Below, one piece after another: positions 11,859-20,989 of a stretch of 64,000 nucleotides of DNA. A program made the position numbers and the translations under genes. The number at the start of each line of letters is the position of its first letter. Position 1 is the stretch's first letter. Where the stretch lies: the NCBI GenBank assembly GCA_002421965.1, contig DISN01000005.1, forward strand, positions 324 through 64,323, given 5' to 3'. The DNA is from Candidatus Saccharibacteria bacterium UBA6209. GTDB lineage: Bacteria > Patescibacteriota > Saccharimonadia > Saccharimonadales > Saccharimonadaceae. The notes below the pieces were generated by a model. It did no database searches and had not been told where the DNA came from. It saw nothing but the letters and a program-made list of their open reading frames with translations.

Positions 11859-13031
11859 GTGAAACAGACAAAATTTTCTGGTAGGCATTTAGGCTTTCTG
11901 GTAACGGCCTTTGCGGTAGTTGGCCTACTAGCAGTGCCACTTACAACGGCTTTTGCCGCAACAGCAACCAATCGCTCAGTCGAGCTATCAAGCTCTTCAT
12001 TGGGTGCGACCAATGTCCGATACAAGTTATCATTTACAACCGGTACTGCGGCCGCGGGTGCAGCTGTGATCTATTTCTGTAACAATAGCCCGCTCAAGGG
12101 TGCTGCTTGTACTGCTCCAACTGGCTTTACTGCCGCCAATGCTACGGTATCGACTCCATTCAGTAAGGTTGGATCAACTGCTAACCGCATTGAAGTAAGC
12201 GGTACTTTTGGAGCAAGTGAAGATATCGAACTTGAGCTAGCGGGTATCACTAACCCAACAGTCGCCTCGGTAACTGAACCACTATATGTTCGTGTAGTAA
12301 CCTATGCTTCTCCTGGCGATGCTACAGGCACTACTGCCACTGCGCTAGGCACAAATCAAGTTGATGATGGCAGTATGGCAATTGCTATCACTCCAACCAT
12401 CGGTGTATCTGGAGATGTTTTAGAGACATTGACATTCTGTGTATCTGGTGGGACTGCAGCCGACAAGGAAGTTAGTCCTATCGGAGACGGCTGTACTGGT
12501 ACATTGACCGCTCCAACCCTAAAGCTTGGTACTGATGCTGGCGGTATTGTCAGTCTTCAGCCGGGAGTGGTTAGTGAAGGCAAGATCTTTACACAGATTT
12601 CTACTAACGCTGCCAAAGGTGCAATTGTTAGGCTAAAGAGTAGCGCTGTTGGCTGTGGTGGATTGTTGCGAGCCGGTGCTGCATCTGCTTGCGATATCGC
12701 ACCTGCTCAGCAGACGGGTATTGTAGCTGGTGATGCAAAGTTTGGCGTCAAGACAGCAGCTTCAACTGACGGCGCCGGAGCACTTGGTCTATATCAGCCA
12801 TACGGTACTCTCGCAGCTAATGCTTACTACAGCAATGATACATTCTCGATGCGTTATGTTGATGCTAACGATGGCGTAACTAGTCCTTTCGGAGATCGAT
12901 TCCTAGAGACAGCCGAAGCACCAGCAAACAACAAGAACATGGCGCTAACATTTGGTGTAGCTGCTTCTAACAACACACCAGCTGGTAATTACTCGGCAGA
13001 TCTTAGTCTGATTGCCGTAGGTACATTTTAA
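11859..13031 (+). CDS. Secreted WxL-like/pilin-like protein F
   Basis: GTG start with GGGAGG SD, signal peptide (TAFA), C-terminus TPAGNYSADLSLIAVGTF. Confidence 0.8.
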   Translation: MKQTKFSGRHLGFLVTAFAVVGLLAVPLTTAFAATATNRSVELSSSSLGATNVRYKLSFTTGTAAAGAAVIYFCNNSPLKGAACTAPTGFTAANATVSTPFSKVGSTANRIEVSGTFGASEDIELELAGITNPTVASVTEPLYVRVVTYASPGDATGTTATALGTNQVDDGSMAIAITPTIGVSGDVLETLTFCVSGGTAADKEVSPIGDGCTGTLTAPTLKLGTDAGGIVSLQPGVVSEGKIFTQISTNAAKGAIVRLKSSAVGCGGLLRAGAASACDIAPAQQTGIVAGDAKFGVKTAASTDGAGALGLYQPYGTLAANAYYSNDTFSMRYVDANDGVTSPFGDRFLETAEAPANNKNMALTFGVAASNNTPAGNYSADLSLIAVGTF

Positions 13032-13060
13032 GCTTCTGAATAACCCAAGGAGACAGATTT

Positions 13061-14053
13061 ATGCGGACTAGACAGAGTATTAAGAACATAGCGGCTGCAT
13101 CACTAGTAGCTGTTGTTGGGCTTTCTGTGGCATTTGTAGGCCAAAGCTATGCTCAGCAGGCAGCAACGTCAAGCACAGCGAATACCCTAAAGGTTTCGCC
13201 ACTGCGAACCGATGTGACTGCCGACCCAGGTGAGACAAAAACTGTAAAAATAATTGTAACCAATCCCTCTAACGCAGAGGTTTCGGTAAAGCCAATACAG
13301 AACGACTTTGTTGCTGATGACAAAGAGGATGGTAGCCCGGCAATCATTTTGGATGAAAATGAGTATTCTAAGTCAAATAGTCTGAAGCGTTTCTTAGTGC
13401 CGCTAGAGAGCTTTAATCTCGCCAGTGGTGAGACGAAAGTTGTCGAAGCGACAATCAACGTTCCTAGCAACGCTGAAGCCGGTGGCTACTTTGGCGCAAT
13501 TCGATTCGCACCAACTGCACCCGACGCTGGTGGTCAGGTTAACATGAGCCCTAGCGTTGCCTCGATTATTCTCCTTAGGGTGAACGGTCAGGTTTCAGAA
13601 AAGCTCGAGCTGACTGATTTCCAGGTACTACAAGACAGCAAAGCGACTAACTATTTGCTGAGTGATCAGAGCGTGTCAATGCTGGTGCGCTTTAAAAATA
13701 ACAGCAAGGTCCAACTAGCGCCATTTGGATCAATATCTGTTCAAAAGGGCGATAAGGTTGTCTACAATGCTAACTTTAACAACTCTGAGCAAAAAGATAT
13801 GGTCCTGCCGGCCAGTGCTAGGCGCTGGGAAGTTCCACTTAAGGACATCGATGGCTTTGGCAAGTACACGGTCAGTGCAACCTTTACTTACGGCTCGGCC
13901 AACCAGACACTAGAAGCAACTCAGGTCTTCTGGGTAATTCCTCTTCCGATAATCATCGGGTCGTTGATTGGCTTGGCGGTAGTTATTGGGTTGATTGTTC
14001 TGCTGATAGTCAGGAGCAAGCGACAAAAGGGTAGTATCAAGCTAGGTAAATAA
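13061..14053 (+). CDS. Second DUF916/WxLIP-like membrane-anchored protein (protein G)
   Basis: LKVSPLRTDVTADPGETKTV, AGGYFGAIRF, FGKYTVSA motifs; C-terminal TM and basic tail; paralogous to 9767-10837. Confidence 0.75.
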   Translation: MRTRQSIKNIAAASLVAVVGLSVAFVGQSYAQQAATSSTANTLKVSPLRTDVTADPGETKTVKIIVTNPSNAEVSVKPIQNDFVADDKEDGSPAIILDENEYSKSNSLKRFLVPLESFNLASGETKVVEATINVPSNAEAGGYFGAIRFAPTAPDAGGQVNMSPSVASIILLRVNGQVSEKLELTDFQVLQDSKATNYLLSDQSVSMLVRFKNNSKVQLAPFGSISVQKGDKVVYNANFNNSEQKDMVLPASARRWEVPLKDIDGFGKYTVSATFTYGSANQTLEATQVFWVIPLPIIIGSLIGLAVVIGLIVLLIVRSKRQKGSIKLGK

Positions 14054-14071
14054 CCAGTTCTAGATAACTGC

Positions 14072-14104
14072 AAAGTAACCTCCGCTTAGAGCGGAGGTTA
14101 CTTT
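14072..14104. terminator. Bidirectional intrinsic terminator
   Basis: AAAGTAACCTCCGC-TTAGA-GCGGAGGTTACTTT between convergent genes. Confidence 0.88.
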
Positions 14105-14126
14105 ATTTATCTAGAGTCTTGTCTAA

Positions 14127-14158
14127 TACGCTACATATAGCGTACCTACGCTATATCT
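14127..14158. repeat. Palindromic intergenic repeat, copy 1
   Basis: TACGCTACATATAGCGTA plus ACGCTATATCT; both recur at 30008-30044. Confidence 0.75.
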
Positions 14159-14165
14159 AGTGTTC

Positions 14166-15731
14166 CTAGGGTTGTTGCTTAGATAGGAATATCTGCTTTT
14201 CGTAAAAGCTAGATCGCTTAGCTAGCTCGCTATTTAGCGCCTCAATAGTGCCGTATTTCTCAACTAGGGTTTCGCTATCTGAGAATAAGTTGGTGCCGAG
14301 CGCCAGTTTGTCGCCATCGATCTTGACACCCATGGCGGCCAGAGTAGTGGGGTACATGTCGAATGATGAGAATAATCTTCCAGTTGAGGTTACAGGCTTA
14401 ACTGCTGAATTTATAAATACATTATATACAGTTCGCTGATAATCTGGTTGAGTAATGATATTGTCGTAGTATGAGGTCTGCATACCCAAGTGGTCGCCAG
14501 TCAGGACGATGGTCGTGTTATCGGCAAATGGCTGCTCTTGTAGCCAGCCTACAAACTCAGCGACCATGCTTGATGAGCAGGCGTGAACATTGCTGTATTT
14601 TTCCTGGTAGTTTGTCTGGCAGCTAGGATCAAGCCAGCCATCAGTGAAGTGTGTATCGACAGTCAGTAGCGACAGGTTAAATGGCTTATCTTCGGATGAC
14701 AACCGCTCTGCTTCGGTCTTGGCGAACTCAAGCAGCTTCTTGTCTTCATAGCCCCACCAGACACCATAGTCAGGTGATATTTGTCCAGACTTCTTGGCAT
14801 AATTATAGTCCTGGATAGATGTATTGCCGTGTTGAGTTAGCATTTTATCTCGTCCGCCGAACGAGGCTTCTGATCCCATAATAAATGTCTGATTGTAGCC
14901 GTTGGCCTCAAGCACATCACCAATCGTGTAGGCACCAGGTAGGAATTCCTTGTACATGCCCATTGAGTTGTGGTCTTTGCCGAGCACGCTTGATTTTAGT
15001 GGTACGCCACCGCTCTGAGCCATCATAGCACCGACGGTCCAAGTTGTGCCGTAGGCTGGCAGTGAACCGCCCAGGCCAGACTGTAGGTTCGAGAACGATA
15101 CATTGTCGTTATTTGTCGCCAATTTTTCTAGCTCGGGCATTATCGTCTGATCCATCTGACCGCCGTTTTCCTTAGAAAACAGAGTATTCTCCATTGATTC
15201 TAGGTAGATATAGACTAGGTTGCGCTTTTTTTCTGGGAAGGTTAACTTTGCGGTGCTTGGCTCAACGTAGTGGTCTTCATAAAGATTACTGGTTTGAGTC
15301 AGCGACCAGACATAGTCAAATACGCCAAAACTACTAAGCAGTAGCCAGGCTGACAATAGAAACATCGTCAGTGAGTAGATAAATTTATATTTGAGACGGA
15401 TTTTTGATGGGTTAAAGGTAATCTTTTTTGCTCGACCCAGAAATGACAGATCAAAGTTTATAGTAATTTTGTTGCGATAAAAATCAATAACTGGCAGTAG
15501 CAGCAGAAAGAAAAGTATGCCGCAAAATAATAAATTATCTTGGACAGCGCTTATCAGGCTGGACAGCTGTCCGTCACCCGCACCGTTAATAAAGTAAAAG
15601 ATTATCTCATCTATTTGAGCATCGCCAAAATTGACACGTTTATATCGGTTGGCAACATAAAATACCGCCGCTAGTAGCAACATGACCAGGATGCTTATTT
15701 TGGCGAGTAATCTTCGTTTACTTTTTATCAT
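14166..15731 (-). CDS. LTA synthase/phosphoglycerol transferase (MdoB/LtaS, sulfatase superfamily)
   Basis: N-terminal TM segments, YLESMEN, TTWT (catalytic Thr), DTHF and GDH motifs; start set at ATG 15731 rather than the ORF-track 15764. Confidence 0.85.
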   Translation of the reverse strand: MIKSKRRLLAKISILVMLLLAAVFYVANRYKRVNFGDAQIDEIIFYFINGAGDGQLSSLISAVQDNLLFCGILFFLLLLPVIDFYRNKITINFDLSFLGRAKKITFNPSKIRLKYKFIYSLTMFLLSAWLLLSSFGVFDYVWSLTQTSNLYEDHYVEPSTAKLTFPEKKRNLVYIYLESMENTLFSKENGGQMDQTIMPELEKLATNNDNVSFSNLQSGLGGSLPAYGTTWTVGAMMAQSGGVPLKSSVLGKDHNSMGMYKEFLPGAYTIGDVLEANGYNQTFIMGSEASFGGRDKMLTQHGNTSIQDYNYAKKSGQISPDYGVWWGYEDKKLLEFAKTEAERLSSEDKPFNLSLLTVDTHFTDGWLDPSCQTNYQEKYSNVHACSSSMVAEFVGWLQEQPFADNTTIVLTGDHLGMQTSYYDNIITQPDYQRTVYNVFINSAVKPVTSTGRLFSSFDMYPTTLAAMGVKIDGDKLALGTNLFSDSETLVEKYGTIEALNSELAKRSSFYEKQIFLSKQQP

Positions 15732-16023
15732 TTTTCTTGACTTCAATGGCGACCATGCCCTCAATTAGATTGACGACAAAGGGCAGTACGAATGCAAATA
15801 CTGATGCGCCGATTAAGTAATTTATGAATGACTTATCGCTAAAGATGACGTTCTCATGGTTGAATATATAGATAATAACCAGGTACATGCACAGGTTGAC
15901 TAGTACTAGAAATAGTCCAAAAGAGGTAAATAATTTGCGTGTTGGTAGCTTGTCTCGCTTTAAGTGATTGTAAAAACCGAGCGCCACCATGGCAGGGGCA
16001 ATAAGTGCGATAATTTCATGCAT
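15718..16023 (-). CDS. Small membrane protein coupled to the LTA synthase gene
   Basis: Three hydrophobic segments; TAAAAT 6 nt before ATG; overlaps the next gene. Confidence 0.75.
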   Translation of the reverse strand: MHEIIALIAPAMVALGFYNHLKRDKLPTRKLFTSFGLFLVLVNLCMYLVIIYIFNHENVIFSDKSFINYLIGASVFAFVLPFVVNLIEGMVAIEVKKNDKK

Positions 16024-16094
16024 ATATCTATTTTACCACGAATAAATAAACTATCTGGCGTAGGAGGCAACGACAGTATATAATAAGCATAACC

Positions 16095-17012
16095 ATGGTG
16101 GAGTATTACCTAAAGAGATCAATGTCAGACACGCTGAGTCGGGTAGATAAGCCGCTGAGTGGAAATGGTCTGTGGGTTCACTCTACCGATCGTCGGACCG
16201 AAGTCTCGTCAATAATCGAGCACTACGGGCTAGATAGAAATACTGTCCAGGATGTCTACGACCGACACGAGCTGCCACGACAGGAGTCCAAGGATGGTGT
16301 TTCATATAGTTTTCTGAGGGTGCCGAATGCAGCTGGCGACACTGTGCCGATGCTAGCGATAGTGACTAGGCATAATTTCATTACTATTTCTCCACATATG
16401 GTGTTTTCTCCGGCAGAGACCGATGTATATTTAACAACACCAACCAGCAATCCTGCTGCCTCGCTGGTAGCCTTGCACGCCAGGATTGTTACCGAATACG
16501 AAAAACATATCTCCAGACTGAGTGAAATGATTGCCAAATCTCGTAAGCATCTCAAGAAGCATGATGTTTCAAATAAGGATTTTATTGAATTTGTTGATAT
16601 TGAGGATCAGCTAAATGACTATCACACCAGCCTAAGCGGCATAAATGATGTGATTGGTCGCTTGGCCGAAAACCGCTTAGGTCTGTTTAAACACTACGAC
16701 CTAGAATCGATAGAGGACTTATCTCTTCATGTTTCGCAGTTAATAGTATCGATCGACTCAAATATTCAGTCAGTTCGAAGTATTCAGAGTGCTTATTCGA
16801 CAATTGCCAACAATACAATGAACCAGCGAATGAAGGCCTTAACCGTAGTGACGATACTCTTGGCCATACCGAACGTTTTTTATGGTATGTACGGCATGAA
16901 TATTGCGCTGCCTATGCAGCATGAGTCCTGGGCTTATCCGGCGATCATCGGATTTACGGCGTTGTTAATTTTACTCGTGTTTATCCTTGCAAGGCGCTTC
17001 AGGTTATTCTAG
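16095..17012 (+). CDS. corA: CorA-family Mg2+ transporter
   Basis: YGMN motif between two C-terminal TM helices. Confidence 0.92.
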   Translation: MVEYYLKRSMSDTLSRVDKPLSGNGLWVHSTDRRTEVSSIIEHYGLDRNTVQDVYDRHELPRQESKDGVSYSFLRVPNAAGDTVPMLAIVTRHNFITISPHMVFSPAETDVYLTTPTSNPAASLVALHARIVTEYEKHISRLSEMIAKSRKHLKKHDVSNKDFIEFVDIEDQLNDYHTSLSGINDVIGRLAENRLGLFKHYDLESIEDLSLHVSQLIVSIDSNIQSVRSIQSAYSTIANNTMNQRMKALTVVTILLAIPNVFYGMYGMNIALPMQHESWAYPAIIGFTALLILLVFILARRFRLF

Positions 17013-17169
17013 AATAGATATAGATAAGCACAATCCTGTGCTATTACTTGACGGACATTTTTTTGTTTGCTATTATAGAATATGTGTCTCGCGCCGAAGC
17101 ATTAAATTGTTTTAAATAATAAAGGTCGAAGCGCGTGAGGCTGTACATAAGTACGGGGAGTATAAACAC

Positions 17170-17262
17170 ATGCCAATAGCAATCACTTTTGTGTCTTCTA
17201 GGCGCAAAAAGATCGCAGTTGATGTGGTGCCTGCCGAATGGCAAACATACATTGCACACTAA
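17170..17262 (+). CDS. Candidate 30-aa small ORF (MPIAITFVSSRRKKIAVDVVPAEWQTYIAH)
   Basis: GGGGAG SD 9 nt upstream; TTGACG-N17-TATTAT promoter at 17048-17076; terminator follows. Confidence 0.35.
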   Translation: MPIAITFVSSRRKKIAVDVVPAEWQTYIAH

Positions 17263-17273
17263 AGTATGTAATC

Positions 17274-17307
17274 AAAAAAAGACACCTCAAGGCACCGAGG
17301 TGTCTTT
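17274..17307. terminator. Intrinsic terminator with the longer U-tract on the minus (dsbA) strand
   Basis: AAAAAAAGACACCTC-AAGGCACC-GAGGTGTCTTT. Confidence 0.85.
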
Positions 17308-17321
17308 GCTTTTATACTCGA

Positions 17322-18017
17322 CTACTCAACTTCTTTTAGCGCCGCGTCTATTTGAGTTTTCATGCCTTCAGTTGAGTTGATCTTGCCGCCATCAACTTGC
17401 TTGCCGTTAATAAATAGTGTCGGCGTGCCAGTTACGCCAGCTACCTTGCCCAAGGCTTGATCAAATTTAATCTTTTTTCTGACAGCCTCGCTGGCATAGT
17501 CGGTGCGGAATTTCTCTATCTTAACTCCAACTGATGTAGCGTATTTTTCAAAAAATCCATTACGATCGGCTGCGCTAGCGGCGCTCCACTCTGCCTGATT
17601 GGTAAATAGTGCATCCCACATCTCCCAGTACTTGTCCTGTAGTCCTGCAGCCTCGGCACTAGCTGCCGCAGCATTGGCATTTGGATGAATGGATGAGATT
17701 GGCCAGTTTCTATAAACAAAGGCAATTTTAGACTTGTATGTTTCGTCTTGTAGGATTGGCGTTATGTTCTCGTGAAATGTCTTACAGCCAGGATTACACT
17801 GAAAATCACCGTATTCTACCAGTATGACTTTGGCGTCTTTGTTGCCAAATACGTGATCACCAATATTGCCGTTTCGCTCCTCGCCAGCTAAAATTTTGCC
17901 GGAGCCAGCTTTGCCAATATCGTCAACGTCGATAGTACTTTTAGGTGACATGTAGATAAGTCCGCCAACTACAGCTGCCACAATAACTCCAAATATAATC
18001 CAATGTTTCGCTTCCAT
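17322..18017 (-). CDS. dsbA: Membrane-anchored DsbA/BdbD-family thioredoxin-fold protein
   Basis: N-terminal anchor, EYGDFQCNPGC active-site region, GTPT cis-Pro loop. Confidence 0.85.
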   Translation of the reverse strand: MEAKHWIIFGVIVAAVVGGLIYMSPKSTIDVDDIGKAGSGKILAGEERNGNIGDHVFGNKDAKVILVEYGDFQCNPGCKTFHENITPILQDETYKSKIAFVYRNWPISSIHPNANAAAASAEAAGLQDKYWEMWDALFTNQAEWSAASAADRNGFFEKYATSVGVKIEKFRTDYASEAVRKKIKFDQALGKVAGVTGTPTLFINGKQVDGGKINSTEGMKTQIDAALKEVE

Positions 18018-18075
18018 TAATCCTCCTAATTTCTATGTAGTAGTATACCTGAAAATCGAGTACAATAAAACTATA

Positions 18076-19083
18076 ATGATTACTCTTACTATAGTCGTAA
18101 CTCTGTTACTGTTGATAATTTCTGGTATTGAGCCGGTGCGCTCTAAGCGTAGTGCCTTCGAGAACAATCGTCTAAGCCGTCAGGGCAAAATATCATCCAT
18201 CGATCTTAGTCGTGATAGCCAGTACTATAATGTACTTGCTATCAGGCGTATATTGTCGGCGCTGCTTTTGGTGTCGCTAGTGCCGGTGGCAATTAGTGCA
18301 TTTGGTTGGCTGTGGGGTGTTGTTCTTGGTGGTATTGTCGCCTTGGAGTACCAGGTGCTGGCTGATACCAAGCCGATCAGTTATTTGTCGGCCAAGTTCT
18401 ACGGGCTAGTCGAGCCATATGTTCTGAAGTTTTGTGATAAGTTTAGGCGCCCAATAACACTTCTGGTCGCAAGTCAGTCCAGCCAGCCGTCAGGTGATAT
18501 TGTTATATCCTCAAAAGACGAATTAAAAAGTGTGCTAAAAAAGGGCACCATCCCGCTTAGTAGTCTAGAAAAGACCCTGCTAAGTAGTACGCTAAACTTC
18601 GAGACAAGAGCTGTTTCCGAGATTATGACCCCAAAAAGCGTAATTGAGTCAATCGACCACAACGAACTGCTCGGCCCAATTCTGTTGGATGAACTACACA
18701 AAACTGGCCACAGTCGCTTCCCGGTAACTGCCGGTGATATTGATCACGTAGTCGGCATACTGTACGTCAGAGATCTGTTGGTTGTTGACGGCACTAAAAA
18801 TTCCAAAAAAGTTAGCCAAGTCATGGATGAAGAGGTTTGCTTCATCCATGAGGATCAAGATTTAGCCCATGCTCTTAAGGCATTTATCAAGACCGAAAAG
18901 TTATTGTTTATCGTTGTCAATTCGTATCGTGAGACTGTCGGCTTAATTACGTTAGAGGATGTAATAGAGGCTCTAATTGGTCAGAAAATTAATGACGAGT
19001 TCGAGCAACACACCGACCTTCGGGCGGTAGCAGCTCAAAATATTCGTGCCAACAATTCGCCAAACAAAGCCAACAATGTCTAA
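18076..19083 (+). CDS. CNNM/TlyC-type CBS-domain membrane protein
   Basis: N-terminal TM segments, EIMTP, GHSRFPV, GLITLEDVIE motifs. Confidence 0.88.
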   Translation: MITLTIVVTLLLLIISGIEPVRSKRSAFENNRLSRQGKISSIDLSRDSQYYNVLAIRRILSALLLVSLVPVAISAFGWLWGVVLGGIVALEYQVLADTKPISYLSAKFYGLVEPYVLKFCDKFRRPITLLVASQSSQPSGDIVISSKDELKSVLKKGTIPLSSLEKTLLSSTLNFETRAVSEIMTPKSVIESIDHNELLGPILLDELHKTGHSRFPVTAGDIDHVVGILYVRDLLVVDGTKNSKKVSQVMDEEVCFIHEDQDLAHALKAFIKTEKLLFIVVNSYRETVGLITLEDVIEALIGQKINDEFEQHTDLRAVAAQNIRANNSPNKANNV

Positions 19084-19120
19084 GAGTTCTCAATTCCGTC
19101 AAAATCTGGTAAAATAACAG

Positions 19121-20869
19121 ATGATGAAACGATTTTTTGCTAATGAACTTACTGGCCAAATAGGCGCCGACGTCCTGGTGTCGGGTTGGGTTCACGCCAG
19201 GCGAGACCATGGTGGCGTGATTTTTATTGACCTAAGAGACCACACCGGGCTGGTTCAGCTGGTCATCAACCCAGACCAAGAAGCGGTATTTAACTTAGCA
19301 GAATCACTCAGAGATGAGTTTGTGATAAGTGCCACCGGTCAGGTACGAGAGCGCGGCGAAGGTTTGGTAAATCCAAACATTGACTCTGGTAGCATTGAGA
19401 TCTCTGTTTCCGAGCTTACAATCTTAAATCAGTCGGACACTCTGCCGATTCAGCCATTTTCTGATGCGCAGGCCAACGAAGAGTTGCGACTAAAGTATCG
19501 CTACCTGGATTTGCGCCGTCCAAAGATGCAAACTATACTAAAAAAGCGTTCCGAAATGTTTTCTACGATTCGCAGATTTATGGAGCAGAGTGATTTTACC
19601 GAAGTAACAACGCCAATTTTGGCTAACTCTAGCCCCGAGGGTGCTCGAGATTTCCTGATTCCTTCGCGACTCCACGAAAACAAATATTATGCTTTGCCGC
19701 AGGCTCCACAGCAGTTCAAGCAATTGCTGATGGTTGGCGGTGTGCACCGATATTATCAGTTGGCTGCATGTTTTCGCGACGAAGACCCAAGGGCAGATCG
19801 CCTGTATGGTGAGTTTTACCAGCTAGATACCGAAATGAGCTTTGTTGAAGACGGCGAAACCGTCAGGTCGACATTTGATCCGCTAATCAAGCAATTGGCT
19901 ACCGAATTTGCCGGTAAGCAACTGCTATCTGAATCAATTCCACGCATCCCATACGTTGAAGCCATGGAGAAATACGGCTCAGACAAGCCCGATCTACGTT
20001 ACGGCATGGAGCTGATTGAGCTAACTGATGTTTTTGCCCAAACTGATTTTGCGGTTTTCAAATCAGCAGATTGCATCAAAGCTATTTGTGTTAAAGGTGG
20101 TGCGTCGCTTAGTCGCAAGCAGATCGATAAGTTTACCGAAATTGCTAAACGCGAGGGCGCTGGTGGTTTAGCCTACATCACTTACGACAATGGCGAGGCC
20201 AAGAGCCCAATCGCTAAATTCTTATCTGAGAAAGAGCTGGAGTCAATCAAATCTCGACTTGGTGCGACCGACGGCGACGCTGTATTTTTCGGTGCCGACA
20301 ACCGCCAGACTGTCAACAGGGTCCTAGGCAAGCTCAGGACTGAATTTGCCGAACATTTCGGACTCAAAGACCCAAATACGATTGCTCTTTGTTGGATAGT
20401 CGACTTTCCGTTCTACGAATGGGATGAGTCGCGCCAACGAGTTGACTTTGGGCACAACCCATTTAGTATGCCAAAGGGCGGACTATCGGCCCTTGAGGAC
20501 ATTCAGACCGATGCCGATAAACTAGCGATCGTTGCCGACCAGTACGATATGGTCATGAACGGCTACGAAATCTGCTCCGGTGGCGTGCGCAATCATAACC
20601 CAGAGGTCCTCTATAGGGTATTTGGTGCGCTGGGCTACGACAATGACTACGTTGATGCTAAGTTTGGTGCAATGATTAACGCCTTCAAGTACGGCGCTCC
20701 GCCTCACGCTGGCTGTGCATTTGGCGTTGATCGCATGTTTATGGAGCTAATGAACGAATCTAATATCCGCGAAGTTATAGCTTTTCCAAAGAACGGTTCG
20801 GGAGTTGACGTCATGATGAACTCGCCATCCGAAGTCGACCCGGCTCAGCTAAAAGAGCTCGGCCTCTAG
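19121..20869 (+). CDS. aspS: Aspartate-tRNA ligase, probably non-discriminating (Asp/Asn)
   Basis: RDHGGVIFIDLRD, PEGARDF, PQAPQQFKQLLM, FRDED, GAPPHAG; His in RDHGG is the non-discriminating signature. Confidence 0.97.
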   Translation: MMKRFFANELTGQIGADVLVSGWVHARRDHGGVIFIDLRDHTGLVQLVINPDQEAVFNLAESLRDEFVISATGQVRERGEGLVNPNIDSGSIEISVSELTILNQSDTLPIQPFSDAQANEELRLKYRYLDLRRPKMQTILKKRSEMFSTIRRFMEQSDFTEVTTPILANSSPEGARDFLIPSRLHENKYYALPQAPQQFKQLLMVGGVHRYYQLAACFRDEDPRADRLYGEFYQLDTEMSFVEDGETVRSTFDPLIKQLATEFAGKQLLSESIPRIPYVEAMEKYGSDKPDLRYGMELIELTDVFAQTDFAVFKSADCIKAICVKGGASLSRKQIDKFTEIAKREGAGGLAYITYDNGEAKSPIAKFLSEKELESIKSRLGATDGDAVFFGADNRQTVNRVLGKLRTEFAEHFGLKDPNTIALCWIVDFPFYEWDESRQRVDFGHNPFSMPKGGLSALEDIQTDADKLAIVADQYDMVMNGYEICSGGVRNHNPEVLYRVFGALGYDNDYVDAKFGAMINAFKYGAPPHAGCAFGVDRMFMELMNESNIREVIAFPKNGSGVDVMMNSPSEVDPAQLKELGL

Positions 20870-20989
20870 TACTCTTGACAAATTATGACGCTTGTGCTAT
20901 CATAGAATAGTATTACATTAAAATACAAACACAAATCCCATGCATGATATAATAATAAGTGGGTATAACTAACTCAGAAAGGAGCAGTT

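Noticed and set aside
6028-14053. Canonical chaperone-usher or sortase-pilus annotation
   Set aside because: No usher beta-barrel, sortase or LPxTG motif is present; the canonical WxL tryptophan is also absent
17044-17259. 71-aa Cys/His-containing minus-strand ORF
   Set aside because: It begins just past the dsbA terminator with weak signals; the plus strand has the better promoter, SD and terminator set
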